Shown piece after piece: positions 8,895 to 18,149 of a DNA stretch of 32,000 nucleotides (position 1 is its first letter; each line of letters opens with the position of its first letter). The position numbers were made by a program, and so were the translations under genes. Below the pieces are notes generated by a model. The model saw only the letters and a program-made list of their open reading frames with translations, made no database searches and was not told the DNA's origin. This DNA comes from Desulfocapsa sulfexigens DSM 10523. GTDB lineage: Bacteria; Desulfobacterota; Desulfobulbia; Desulfobulbales; Desulfocapsaceae. The DNA is taken from assembly GCF_000341395.1 (NCBI RefSeq), contig NC_020304.1, forward strand, positions 3,570,001 to 3,602,000, in the 5' to 3' direction.

Positions 8895-11290
8895 CGGTGA
8901 CAACGGGGTCGGACCAAATTAACAGTTTGAATATTAAACATTTTATCTCCAAAAGCAGATCTTTCTGGGGCTTAAAACACCCTTTTCAGTATCAAAAACA
9001 GTACTGTAAAGAATGTGGTTACAATAAAGCTAAAACCCCGATGGTACTCAACCGCTCTATCTCATCACTCTCAATCCCAACAAGCACAGGGCAAGTGAAC
9101 CTGATCACTCCCTGCATTTCCATAGAGTGCATCATCACCGGCTTCACCAAACAAGTTATCATTGTCAGTATCACCGTAGAGTTCATCATTACCGTTTCCA
9201 CCATACAGATTGTCTTCCCCCTGGCCTCCATATAACGCATCATCACCAATACCGGTTCCATCACTATTATCGCCATAGAGATAATCATTGTCTGATTCCC
9301 CGTATAAGAGATCATTCCCGTCTCCGCCCCGGAGTTGATCCTCACCACTTCCACCATACAATTCATCCATACCTGAACCGGTATTATCAGGGTTATCTCC
9401 TAAAAGAAGGTCATTTCCATCTCCGCCATAAAGTGAATCATCGTCTTCTCCACCGGCAAGACTGTCATTACCTATTTCTCCATGCAATGCATCATTGCCC
9501 AGACCTCCCTGGAGTACGTCATCGCCATGACCACCAAAAAGTGCATCTATACCGTCGCCACCAAAAAGATCGTCATTGTCATCATCGCCATAGAGGACAT
9601 CATTTCCTCCTGAACCGTAAAGCACATCTTCACCGGAGCCACCATGCAATTCATCATTTCCAGTACCACTTAAATCGCCATAATCACCATACAGATGATC
9701 ATCACCATCTCCACCGGAAAGGATATCGTCACCTCCCTCGCCAGCGAGTGCATCGTCACCGATCTCACCATAAAGGGAATCATCTCCTCCTCCGCCAAGC
9801 AGTTGATCATTACCCAGGCCACCGTAAAGTAGATCCTCACCGGTACCTGTGTTATTCCATTCATCTCCTCTTAAGACATCGTCACCATCTCCGCCGAAAA
9901 GCTGATCATTATCAAGGCCGCCATACATATCATCGTTACCCTCTCCACCATAGAGGATATCATTGCCTTCCTGGCCATAAAGCCTGTCAAGATCTTCTTC
10001 TCCAAACAAAACATCATTACCAAGTGATCCCTGAAGAAGATCGTCACCTGTGCCGCCCAGCAGATAATCATCTCCAGCGTCACCAAATAGCCTGTCAACA
10101 CCTTCTTCTCCAATGAGGGTGTCGTTGCCATTTCCCCCCATCAGGTTATCATCACCTATTCCGCCAAAAAGGATATCATTACCGTCTCCACCCCATGCGT
10201 TATCATTATCAGATTCTCCGTAGAGCTTATCATCACCACCCATACCAAGGAGTTGATCATCACCCAGACCACCATAAAGGGAGTCATTACCGTTTATTCC
10301 AAACAACGTATCGGAACCACCATAGCCATACACTGTAAAGGTGGAGAGAGCGGATACGTCACTGTCAAACAGGACAGTTTCACTTCCATCTGCATATTGG
10401 ATACTAAAATGATAATTCCAGGTATCGGCTGTTATCTGGCTCAGACTTGAAACTTCCATCTCATCAGTACCAGCCAGGGAGTTGGTGTTTGGAGTGGGCT
10501 CTACATAGTCAGCCAGATTGAAGCCGAAATCGCCCGAGGAAAAGGAGTTTATGGTAAAATAGAAATTACTGGCCAGGGAAAACAGGTTCAGCGTTTGATT
10601 GGTGGAGTCATAACGAACTCTGTAATTAGCATCTTCGTAGATGTCGCTGTTTTCCTGAATTTGATTAAAGGTGAGACCTGTTATCTGATTGGCTCCATAC
10701 CAGATGGTACCCTGATTATCCGCATCGTCAACAATATCGCCGACACCGATATGGTAGGTGTCATTGCCGATACCGCCGTAAAGGGTGTCTTGAACAAAAT
10801 CATCCACACCATCTATGCCTGCCCCATATAAGATATCATCTCCCCCAGCACCGTTTATTGTATCAATGCCGGTGCCGCCGGAGATGGTATCTTGATCACT
10901 ACTTCCGGTCAGGGTGTCCTGGCCTGCCCCACCTTCTATGCGGGCAATGTTGGAGACTGTTATTCCTGTTAAGTCTATGGTGTTGTCGCCTGCGGTTCCG
11001 GCCAGTATATTTAGTCCTTCTCCACCGTCTATTATTTCTATGGAGTTTTCTGCAAGGGAGAGGGTGTTTACTCGGATGGTGTCATCCAGGTTGCCTCCGA
11101 GGATTTTATCCTCATCACCAGTACCGCCGTTGAAGGTGTCGAAGGCTTCAGGATCTTCATCTGTGCCATGGATGATGAAGGTGTCGTTTCCGGCTCCTCC
11201 GTTCATGGTGTCGCTGCCGGAGCCTCCTTCGAGGATGTCGTTGCCGGCATTGCCGGTTAGGGTGTCATTGCCTGCCATGCCGTAGAGGTG
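8895..11290 (-). repeat. large direct repeat, copy 1 (RTX coding region plus 176-bp downstream tail); partner is 13784..16017
   Basis: Collinear near-identity by eye from the REP-like end (CGGTGACAACGGGGTCGGACC) through the whole RTX region up to the DHLYGM codons (11276..11290 vs 16003..16017). The length difference is 162 nt, explained by two in-frame indels of 108 and 54 nt. Confidence 0.9.
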
Positions 11291-12934
11291 ATCGTCACTG
11301 AGAGCACCAATCAATTTGGCGCTGTCATCTCCTTCCGTGCCAAAGATATAATCTCCATATGGAAGTTCTTCGTCGGGAGGATTGAGTTCAATACCTGATT
11401 GCAGATCATGAAAGTGTTTCTGCTCAGAGTAATTGTGCATGGTGTGGTAGAGGAATTTTGTTCTATCTTCGAAGTATTGTGATGAAAAGTTATCTAAATC
11501 TAACTCGTTGTTTGCATTCAAACTGCTATATTGACTATTCGGGCCCGTTATCGTGATGGGATTCAACCTTTGTAAAGCAAAGCGATATGCCATGCCAGTA
11601 CCATTATCTTGGCTTGCAAACGAAATAATGTCAGACTCTGAGATATCACCTAAAAATGATATTTCATATTGGCCTTGTGAAGATTGGGTTGCATTTCGAA
11701 CTTGAAATATCTTTTCATAGAGTTCTTCTCGAGCAACATCCCCGTTCTTTACGTCGAATGGTGAATAATCCTGTACGCATATTTCACCAAAGGTATTGAT
11801 AACCGTTTCGAGCGTTATATGGTTGTCTCTTCCTTGCCGATATGCATTGAAGACAGGGAGAAGAGATTGAAAAAACTGCGATCCATCCATCGAAGAATAC
11901 ATATCATCCAAGCGGCCAAAAAGGTCATAAACCGCCAGAGAATCTGTCATCTGTTCTTTTCCATGACCCGCAGTTGTTCCTGATAGAGATACAGATTCAA
12001 TAAATATTCCTTGGTGATCTCCTTGCTGACCGAGGGCAAACACACTGTCCATGGTCGTCATTTCCAGGAACTTATCACCAAAAATATTTAATATTTTCGA
12101 ACTCTCAAAAGAATCGCTTCCCCCAAGCATAGCAAAGAGGTTACGGATGTTGGTCTCGCCGTTCCCGCTCAAGCCACTAAGCGCTTCTGTCATATACCCA
12201 GCACCATTTATGGTCACAACATCATCACAGACAGAACCGAAAAGCCGTGAGAATGCAGCGGCCAGATGCCCACCCAAACTATGACCTACTGCTGTAACCT
12301 GTCCTTCAATATCATGGGATAACGCACCATATTGTCTTTCATCCGTGAATATTTCGTTCGAATAGACATCGGTGTTGATAGTGTATACCGTGCCGGTTGG
12401 CATATCGATTATGACATTATCCAATGTCCGCAGGTATAGTTCATATGGGCCGGCTACACCCAGAGGCATAGCAGTTTGTTCTGCCGCAAGTAGAGCCGTT
12501 TTGTCCGTCAACAGCTCCAATTCCGCTGCTTTATAGACGGTATTTGGAGCTGCATTTATTCTTTGCCAGTCGTTATACATGTCGACTATTTGCTTAATCG
12601 CCAGCCCATCGTAAACAATGTCACCACCGTCTGTAACGAGTAGATCGTCAATTCCCGGTTCCGTACCTCGGCATGCATAATGGTATTTGCCTGTGTTCTT
12701 ATTCCGAAAAAGAGTAGCTGAAAAGCCTGTATCGGTGTTGGGTTGGTGATAAATCACTTCCCAATTGTTGACAAAATCTTCAGCTTGCTCAGCTGTCATT
12801 TTGCCCTCAAAAGCGCTGTTTTGTAAAGCGTCTCTTATATCATCCTCAATAGTTAGATCCTCTATTTTATCAAAAAGAACGTAGGCCGCTTCAGACAATA
12901 ACGCCATATCGTAATAAATGGATGAACTGCTCAT
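9071..12934 (-). CDS. giant lipase-RTX protein (class-3/family I.3-like GHSLGG lipase head + hemolysin-type Ca-binding repeats), P2
   Basis: 1287-aa ORF. Head motifs are ACRGT and AVGHSLGGHLAAAF, followed by a unique middle region. Then come two blocks of GGxGxDxUx nonapeptides (several dozen units) separated by a non-repeat beta-rich module. The ORF ends only 13 aa after the last repeat (..GSDQVHLPCACWD). Confidence 0.9.
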   Translation of the reverse strand: MSSSSIYYDMALLSEAAYVLFDKIEDLTIEDDIRDALQNSAFEGKMTAEQAEDFVNNWEVIYHQPNTDTGFSATLFRNKNTGKYHYACRGTEPGIDDLLVTDGGDIVYDGLAIKQIVDMYNDWQRINAAPNTVYKAAELELLTDKTALLAAEQTAMPLGVAGPYELYLRTLDNVIIDMPTGTVYTINTDVYSNEIFTDERQYGALSHDIEGQVTAVGHSLGGHLAAAFSRLFGSVCDDVVTINGAGYMTEALSGLSGNGETNIRNLFAMLGGSDSFESSKILNIFGDKFLEMTTMDSVFALGQQGDHQGIFIESVSLSGTTAGHGKEQMTDSLAVYDLFGRLDDMYSSMDGSQFFQSLLPVFNAYRQGRDNHITLETVINTFGEICVQDYSPFDVKNGDVAREELYEKIFQVRNATQSSQGQYEISFLGDISESDIISFASQDNGTGMAYRFALQRLNPITITGPNSQYSSLNANNELDLDNFSSQYFEDRTKFLYHTMHNYSEQKHFHDLQSGIELNPPDEELPYGDYIFGTEGDDSAKLIGALSDDHLYGMAGNDTLTGNAGNDILEGGSGSDTMNGGAGNDTFIIHGTDEDPEAFDTFNGGTGDEDKILGGNLDDTIRVNTLSLAENSIEIIDGGEGLNILAGTAGDNTIDLTGITVSNIARIEGGAGQDTLTGSSDQDTISGGTGIDTINGAGGDDILYGAGIDGVDDFVQDTLYGGIGNDTYHIGVGDIVDDADNQGTIWYGANQITGLTFNQIQENSDIYEDANYRVRYDSTNQTLNLFSLASNFYFTINSFSSGDFGFNLADYVEPTPNTNSLAGTDEMEVSSLSQITADTWNYHFSIQYADGSETVLFDSDVSALSTFTVYGYGGSDTLFGINGNDSLYGGLGDDQLLGMGGDDKLYGESDNDNAWGGDGNDILFGGIGDDNLMGGNGNDTLIGEEGVDRLFGDAGDDYLLGGTGDDLLQGSLGNDVLFGEEDLDRLYGQEGNDILYGGEGNDDMYGGLDNDQLFGGDGDDVLRGDEWNNTGTGEDLLYGGLGNDQLLGGGGDDSLYGEIGDDALAGEGGDDILSGGDGDDHLYGDYGDLSGTGNDELHGGSGEDVLYGSGGNDVLYGDDDNDDLFGGDGIDALFGGHGDDVLQGGLGNDALHGEIGNDSLAGGEDDDSLYGGDGNDLLLGDNPDNTGSGMDELYGGSGEDQLRGGDGNDLLYGESDNDYLYGDNSDGTGIGDDALYGGQGEDNLYGGNGNDELYGDTDNDNLFGEAGDDALYGNAGSDQVHLPCACWD

Positions 12935-13503
12935 CGTTTTTCCTCACCGGTTTGTTTGTAAGTTTTTTTTAACTCACTAAATTCCTTTTTTTTAATAGCT
13001 GGCTGTCTCAGATGTGTCCAGAATTTAAGATCGCTTGAAGAACCACTATATATTTGCACGCGTTTGGCTAACGTCTCATCGGTCTTAGTATCGATAATGA
13101 GTTCTTCTTGTGTTACGACGGGAAGAATGGGTAAGCGATGTTCAATAAATACCCAACCAATCCGCTGATTTAATTTATACCCCCTTGTAATACCAGTAGC
13201 TTCATAAGAAGGTGACAACTTCTTCCAAGTCAAAGTCTCAGCAACTCCAGGGTTCTCTGCCTTCCACTGTTCCAGAGTCTTATAGACCCAGAAACCTGAC
13301 CTGGTATGGACGAGATATTTGAAGGTGATCAGTGTCGGCAGATAATCCCAGAAAACAAGGTTGTACATTATAAAAGCAACCAACCCGCCCCATAACCATG
13401 CCCGCCTGCCTCTATTCTTAGCCCACCGGACAGCAAGAACGGTAACTCCGATCGAAACTGCCAAATAAAACACAAAAAAAACAATTACCGCTAAACCGAA
13501 CAT
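12931..13503 (-). CDS. two-TM membrane protein, lipase-associated partner family member I2
   Basis: 190-aa ORF. Its stop overlaps the P2 start (ATGA at 12931..12934). GGGGAGG RBS upstream. Layout is TM1, basic loop (RWAKNRGRR), TM2. Motifs VYKTLE and LIIDTKTDETLAKRVQIY. Confidence 0.75.
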   Translation of the reverse strand: MFGLAVIVFFVFYLAVSIGVTVLAVRWAKNRGRRAWLWGGLVAFIMYNLVFWDYLPTLITFKYLVHTRSGFWVYKTLEQWKAENPGVAETLTWKKLSPSYEATGITRGYKLNQRIGWVFIEHRLPILPVVTQEELIIDTKTDETLAKRVQIYSGSSSDLKFWTHLRQPAIKKKEFSELKKTYKQTGEEKR

Positions 13504-13520
13504 TCTTCTACCTCCCCGTT

Positions 13521-13773
13521 AATACGGGGTCGGACCAAGCTAACATGCTGAATGTTAAACATTTTGTCTCCAATAATAGGTGTTTTTATGGCTTAGAGTA
13601 CCCTTTTCAGCATCAAAAACGGTGCTGTAAGCAATTTCAGGCTCTTTCAAAACAGTAGCATCTTTGACTGAAACTATGGAGCGCTTCTGTGCCCGGCTTG
13701 CAAGTTGCTGCTGAATATCTTCTGTAAATGATTTTCTGCCAACGGCACTGGACTCACTCCAATCTTGATTTCT
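13521..13773 (-). pseudogene. 3' fragment of the RAYT-type transposase gene with its REP-like end (type B)
   Basis: Near-identical to 18487..18739 of the intact unit. Encodes only the C-terminal ~73 aa (NQDWSES..KNTYYWRQNV) and lacks the HUH and Tyr motifs. Starts with AATACGGGGTCGGACCAAGC (13521..13540). Confidence 0.85.
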
Positions 13774-13783
13774 CAGCAAGAAA

Positions 13784-16017
13784 CGGTGACAACGGGGTCG
13801 AACCAAGTTAACAGTTTGAATATTAAACATTTTACCTCCAAAAACAGATCTTTCTAGAGCTTAAAACACCCTTTTCAGTATCAAAAACAGTACTGTAAAG
13901 AATGTGGTTACAATAAAGCTAAAGCCCCGATGGTACTCAACCGCTCTATCTCATCACTCTCAATCCCAACAAGCACAGGGCAAGTGAACCTGATCACTGC
14001 CTGTATTTCCATAGAGTGCATCATCACCGGCTTCACCAAACAGGTTATCATTGTCAGTATCACCGTAGAGTTCATCATTACCATTTCCACCATACAGATT
14101 GTCTTCCCCTTGGCCTCCATATAACGCATCATCACCAATACCGGTTCCATCACTATTATCGCCATAGAGATAATCATTGTCTGATTCCCCGTATAAGAGA
14201 TCATTTCCGTCTCCGCCCCGGAGTTGATCATCACCACTTCCACCGTACAATTCATCCATACCTGAACCGGTATTATCAGGGTTATCTCCTAAAAGAAGGT
14301 CATTCCCATCTCCGCCATAAAGTGAATCATCGTCTTCTCCACCGGCAAGACTGTCATTACCTATTTCTCCATACAATGCATCATTGCCCAGACCTCCCTG
14401 GAGTACGTCATCGCCATGACCACCAAAAAGTGCATCTATACCGTCGCCACCAAAAAGATCGTCATTGTCATCATCGCCATAGAGGGTGTCATTTCCTCCT
14501 GAACCGTAAAGCACATCTTCACCGGAGCCACCATGCAATTCATCATTTCCAGTACCACTTAAATCGCCATAATCACCATACAGATGATCATCACCATCTC
14601 CACCGGAAAGGATATCGTCACCTCCCTCGCCAGCGAGTGCATCGTCACCGATCTCACCATAAAGGGAATCATCTCCTCCTCCGCCAAGCAGTTGATCATT
14701 ACCCAGGCCACCGTAAAGTAGATCCTCTCCGGTTCCTGTGTTATCCCATTCATCTCCTCTTAAGACATCGTCACCATCTCCGCCGAAAAGCTGGTCGTTA
14801 TCAAGGCCGCCATACATATCATCGTTACCCTCTCCACCATAGAGGATATCATTGCCTTCCTGGCCATAAAGCCTGTCAAGATCTTCTTCTCCAATGAGGG
14901 TGTCATTGCCATTTTGCCCCATCAGGTTATCATCACCTATTCCGCCAAAAAGGATATCATTACCGTCTCCACCCCATGCGTTATCATTATCAGATTCTCC
15001 GTAGAGCTTATCATCACCGCCCATACCCTGGAGTTGATCATCACCCAGACCACCATAAAGGGAGTCATTGCCGTTTATTCCAAACAACGTATCGGAACCA
15101 CCATAGCCATATACTGTAAAGGTGGAGAGAGCAGATACATCACTGTTAAACAGGATAGTTTCACTTCCATCTGCATGTTGGATACTGAAATGATAATTCC
15201 AGGTATCGGCTGTTATCTGGCTCAGACTTGAAATTTCTATCTCATCAGTACCAGTCAGGGAATTGGTGTTTGGGGTGGGCTCTACATAGTCAGCCAGATT
15301 GAAGCCGAAATCGCCCGAGGAAAAGGAGTTTATGGTAAAATAGAAATTACTGGCCAGGGAAAACAGGTTCAGCGTTTGATTGGTGGAGTCATAACGAACT
15401 CTGTAATTAGCATCTTCATAGATGTCACTGTTTTCCTGAACTTGATTAAAGGTGAGATCTGTTATCTGATTGGCTCCATACCAGATGGTACCCTGATTAT
15501 CAGCGTCGTCAACAATATCGCCGACACCGATATGATAGGTGTCATTGCCGATGCCGCCGGAAAGGGTGTCACGGACATTGTCTTCCTGGTTGGTTAATGT
15601 ACCGCCATAAAGGATATCATCTCCACTTGAACCGGTTATGGTGTCGGCTCCACCTCCGCCTTCTATTCGGTTTATGTGGGTTACTGTGATGCCGGTTAGG
15701 TCTATGGTGTTGTCGCCGCTGGTTCCGGCAAGGATGTTTTCTCCGGCTCCTCCGTCTATTCTTTCTATGGAGTTATCTGCAAGGGAGAGCGCGTTTACTC
15801 GGATGGTGTCGTCCAGGTTGCCTCCGAGGATTTTATCCTCATCACCAGTACCGCCGTTGAAGGTGTCGAAGGCTTCAGGATCTTCATCTGTGCCGTGGAT
15901 GATGAAGGTGTCGTTATCGGCTCCTCCGTTCATGGTGTCGCTGCCGGAGCCGCCTTCGAGGATATCGTTTCCGCCGTTGCCGGTTAGGGTGTCGTTACCG
16001 TCCATGCCGTAGAGGTG
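13784..16017 (-). repeat. large direct repeat, copy 2 (partner of 8895..11290)
   Basis: See copy 1. This copy carries the single hybrid version of the 26-nt AGCCTGTCAAGATCTTCTTCTCCAAT motif (from 14870) where copy 1 has two versions 108 nt apart. Confidence 0.9.
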
Positions 16018-17421
16018 GTCTTCCTTGGAATTGCCTTCAATCAATTCGCCTTCCAGGTTACCGAAAATATAATGCCTGTCTGTAAAATCCGGTACGCCGT
16101 TTCCTGCATAGGCATCTATGCCAAGGGTTGTGTCACAAAACTGTATATCATCGCCGGTGGGGGAAAGTGCATCTTCATGCATTGTTTGATAGAGAAAGAG
16201 GGAACGATCTTCGAGATATTGGGTTGAATATTCGGCAGCCACCAGATTGACATAGCCTGGCTGGTTGCCAGAGATGGCAAAACCAGCTAACGCGTTTAAG
16301 GCAAAAAGAAAAGCGTTGTCATTTTCTGCAGCACTTCGGAGAGCTTCGGCAGAATGCTCATGCAGTGATGTTACCGTCAAACCAGTCAGGCTATGGTCGT
16401 TGGCATACCCGGTTAATTCAATGGCAAGATCAACAAAGACCTGGGTGGTGTCAATACCGGCCTGAAAAACATTATTAACAACCGATAAGGCATGCCCATC
16501 GGGCATTTTTTCCAGAAAAGGAGTAAAGTCATCGGCATTGTTGCTGCTGCTGATGGTTGAAAAAAGGTTGTAGACGTACAGGGATTCGACAAGAGTACCG
16601 ATAGAATGGTAGTGAACGGGGTTGAATGTACTATCGCTGATAGAAATATTGACATCGGCACTCCCGATATCAGTTCCAAGATCGGCGACAAGATCATGGG
16701 GTATATCCCACCAAGTTTCTGAGGATTTGACATTTGTTACCAGGCTGTCGACTCCGTTCTTATTAGACTCAAAGTTGGAATAAGCGTCATAAAGCTCTTG
16801 TGTGATTTCTACTGGCCCAAACAACGATTCACCGGTTATATCATCATAACCAATAAAGGCTTCTTTATAATATCTCCCATTACTTGTCGATAATTCTGGA
16901 GATTCCAGATCTTTTGCACCTGGAGAATTATAAGTGTAACTCTCATCAACAAAATCGGTATAGGTCGCGGTAAAGATCTGAGCTAATGCACCACCCAAGG
17001 AATGACCTGTAACAGTAAGCTTTTCTCCGCTTAATACCTTATCATCTTCTTGAAGCTTTTCGAAAAATGATACCATGTCTTCAAATTGGAGCGGCGTATT
17101 GCCTGCTTTTAGCCCGAGAATATCATCATCCCAATCAGTGCCAATCAATTGGTCGGTTCCACGGATGGCCAGTATTTTTTTACCACTATTAATGTCTTCA
17201 AACAACGTGGCGCTGAATCCGCTTTCTGGACCTATGTTGTATTCGGCGCTGGTGGCAAGGACATTGTAGTGCTCAACAAAATTATCAGCCTGTTTTTGAG
17301 TAAAATTACGGTCATTCTTTAGTGACTTTATAATGTCATCATCCAATGTAGTTTGTATGATATCAATATAGCTTGCATCAGCCAATTCACCAAATTGTAA
17401 CAATTCTGGAATAGTTGCCAT
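13960..17421 (-). CDS. giant lipase-RTX protein, P3 (different lipase head, same RTX chassis as P2)
   Basis: 1153-aa ORF. Head motifs are AIRGT and VTGHSLGGALAQIF. The linker is identical in type to P1. The RTX blocks and the C-terminus (..GSDQVHLPCACWD) are near-identical to P2. Confidence 0.9.
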   Translation of the reverse strand: MATIPELLQFGELADASYIDIIQTTLDDDIIKSLKNDRNFTQKQADNFVEHYNVLATSAEYNIGPESGFSATLFEDINSGKKILAIRGTDQLIGTDWDDDILGLKAGNTPLQFEDMVSFFEKLQEDDKVLSGEKLTVTGHSLGGALAQIFTATYTDFVDESYTYNSPGAKDLESPELSTSNGRYYKEAFIGYDDITGESLFGPVEITQELYDAYSNFESNKNGVDSLVTNVKSSETWWDIPHDLVADLGTDIGSADVNISISDSTFNPVHYHSIGTLVESLYVYNLFSTISSSNNADDFTPFLEKMPDGHALSVVNNVFQAGIDTTQVFVDLAIELTGYANDHSLTGLTVTSLHEHSAEALRSAAENDNAFLFALNALAGFAISGNQPGYVNLVAAEYSTQYLEDRSLFLYQTMHEDALSPTGDDIQFCDTTLGIDAYAGNGVPDFTDRHYIFGNLEGELIEGNSKEDHLYGMDGNDTLTGNGGNDILEGGSGSDTMNGGADNDTFIIHGTDEDPEAFDTFNGGTGDEDKILGGNLDDTIRVNALSLADNSIERIDGGAGENILAGTSGDNTIDLTGITVTHINRIEGGGGADTITGSSGDDILYGGTLTNQEDNVRDTLSGGIGNDTYHIGVGDIVDDADNQGTIWYGANQITDLTFNQVQENSDIYEDANYRVRYDSTNQTLNLFSLASNFYFTINSFSSGDFGFNLADYVEPTPNTNSLTGTDEIEISSLSQITADTWNYHFSIQHADGSETILFNSDVSALSTFTVYGYGGSDTLFGINGNDSLYGGLGDDQLQGMGGDDKLYGESDNDNAWGGDGNDILFGGIGDDNLMGQNGNDTLIGEEDLDRLYGQEGNDILYGGEGNDDMYGGLDNDQLFGGDGDDVLRGDEWDNTGTGEDLLYGGLGNDQLLGGGGDDSLYGEIGDDALAGEGGDDILSGGDGDDHLYGDYGDLSGTGNDELHGGSGEDVLYGSGGNDTLYGDDDNDDLFGGDGIDALFGGHGDDVLQGGLGNDALYGEIGNDSLAGGEDDDSLYGGDGNDLLLGDNPDNTGSGMDELYGGSGDDQLRGGDGNDLLYGESDNDYLYGDNSDGTGIGDDALYGGQGEDNLYGGNGNDELYGDTDNDNLFGEAGDDALYGNTGSDQVHLPCACWD
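16038..16581 (-). repeat. linker-module repeat shared with 6712..7255
   Basis: See 6712..7255. Confidence 0.85.
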
Positions 17422-17435
17422 CTCTAGCCCCCTAG

Positions 17436-18149
17436 CTAATTATCTTTTGATTTCAGTGTGTTATATATCAATACTTCACTATTACCTTTAAATGGGCAAA
17501 GTGTTCCAAGAGAACCATCAACATTGAGCAATGTCGCCCTAAGCCACCCTCTATTCCATCTGTACATTACTCGAATCCCCAAAGTCTCATTATGATGTCT
17601 GTCATTGATTTCCGTATAGATAAATTTATCTATAGTCGGTATTGCCAGGATTCTTTGGTCTTTGTTAGGCTGATAAGCTACCTCATACCTGCTGACTTCA
17701 TCAGGTTGCAATGGCTTCACTGCAAAACAAGGTATTTCCTGGTCAAAGGATTCTTTAAACTTATATTCATCCTTCTTTTTTGGCTTATAGCACCCTTCAG
17801 AACTTGCATCATTTAACCAATAACTACGAAAGAATTCACCGGTTTCTTCAACCTGGTAATCAATATATTTATAATTTTTATTTGGCATGCGGGGAGTACG
17901 TTTTATTCTCAATTCGCCCACATAAAACCCTTCCACATTCTCCACGGTCTTATAAATCTTCATGCCGGATTTAAATTTGCAGAAGTACCAGAAGGTGGGG
18001 TAGCCGATTATCACATCCCAGCTAGGAATTAGAGCCAGAATAATAATTCCAATGATTCTGCCTTTTGTTGATTTTGCGACCAAAACAATTACCAGTAATC
18101 CCAAAAGGAGGTAGATAGCTGCACCAAATATGACAAGAATCTGAATCAT
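17436..18149 (-). CDS. two-TM membrane protein, lipase-associated partner family member I3
   Basis: 237-aa ORF ending 14 nt upstream of the P3 start, with an AGGGGG RBS in the gap. Layout is TM1, KSTKGR loop, TM2. Motifs IYKTVE and YTEINDRHHNETLGIRVMY. Confidence 0.75.
   Translation of the reverse strand: MIQILVIFGAAIYLLLGLLVIVLVAKSTKGRIIGIIILALIPSWDVIIGYPTFWYFCKFKSGMKIYKTVENVEGFYVGELRIKRTPRMPNKNYKYIDYQVEETGEFFRSYWLNDASSEGCYKPKKKDEYKFKESFDQEIPCFAVKPLQPDEVSRYEVAYQPNKDQRILAIPTIDKFIYTEINDRHHNETLGIRVMYRWNRGWLRATLLNVDGSLGTLCPFKGNSEVLIYNTLKSKDN

Noticed and set aside
9019-9366. 115-aa minus-strand ORFs (9019..9366 and 13908..14255) overlapping the ends of the RTX genes
   Set aside because: These are alternate frames of the RTX arrays. 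Only the last ~28 codons are meaningful, as an out-of-frame relic of a DUF4915-type 3' end. That relic is reported as a finding, not as a gene.
9127-10116. Long His-rich plus-strand ORF (329 aa), its twin at 14016..14897, and other ORFs overlapping the RTX regions on either strand (for example 9670..9864, 9871..10131, 10914..11285, 15638..16012)
   Set aside because: They are antisense or alternate-frame readings of the highly repetitive GGxGxD codon arrays. Their low-complexity periodic composition mirrors the real minus-strand frame. They have no independent start context.
13555-13830. 91-92-aa ORFs at 13555..13830 and 20537..20815, which might be taken for small genes
   Set aside because: They are 3' fragments of the RAYT gene fused to REP sequence at their 5' ends. 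They lack the HUH and catalytic Tyr motifs and any credible start context.
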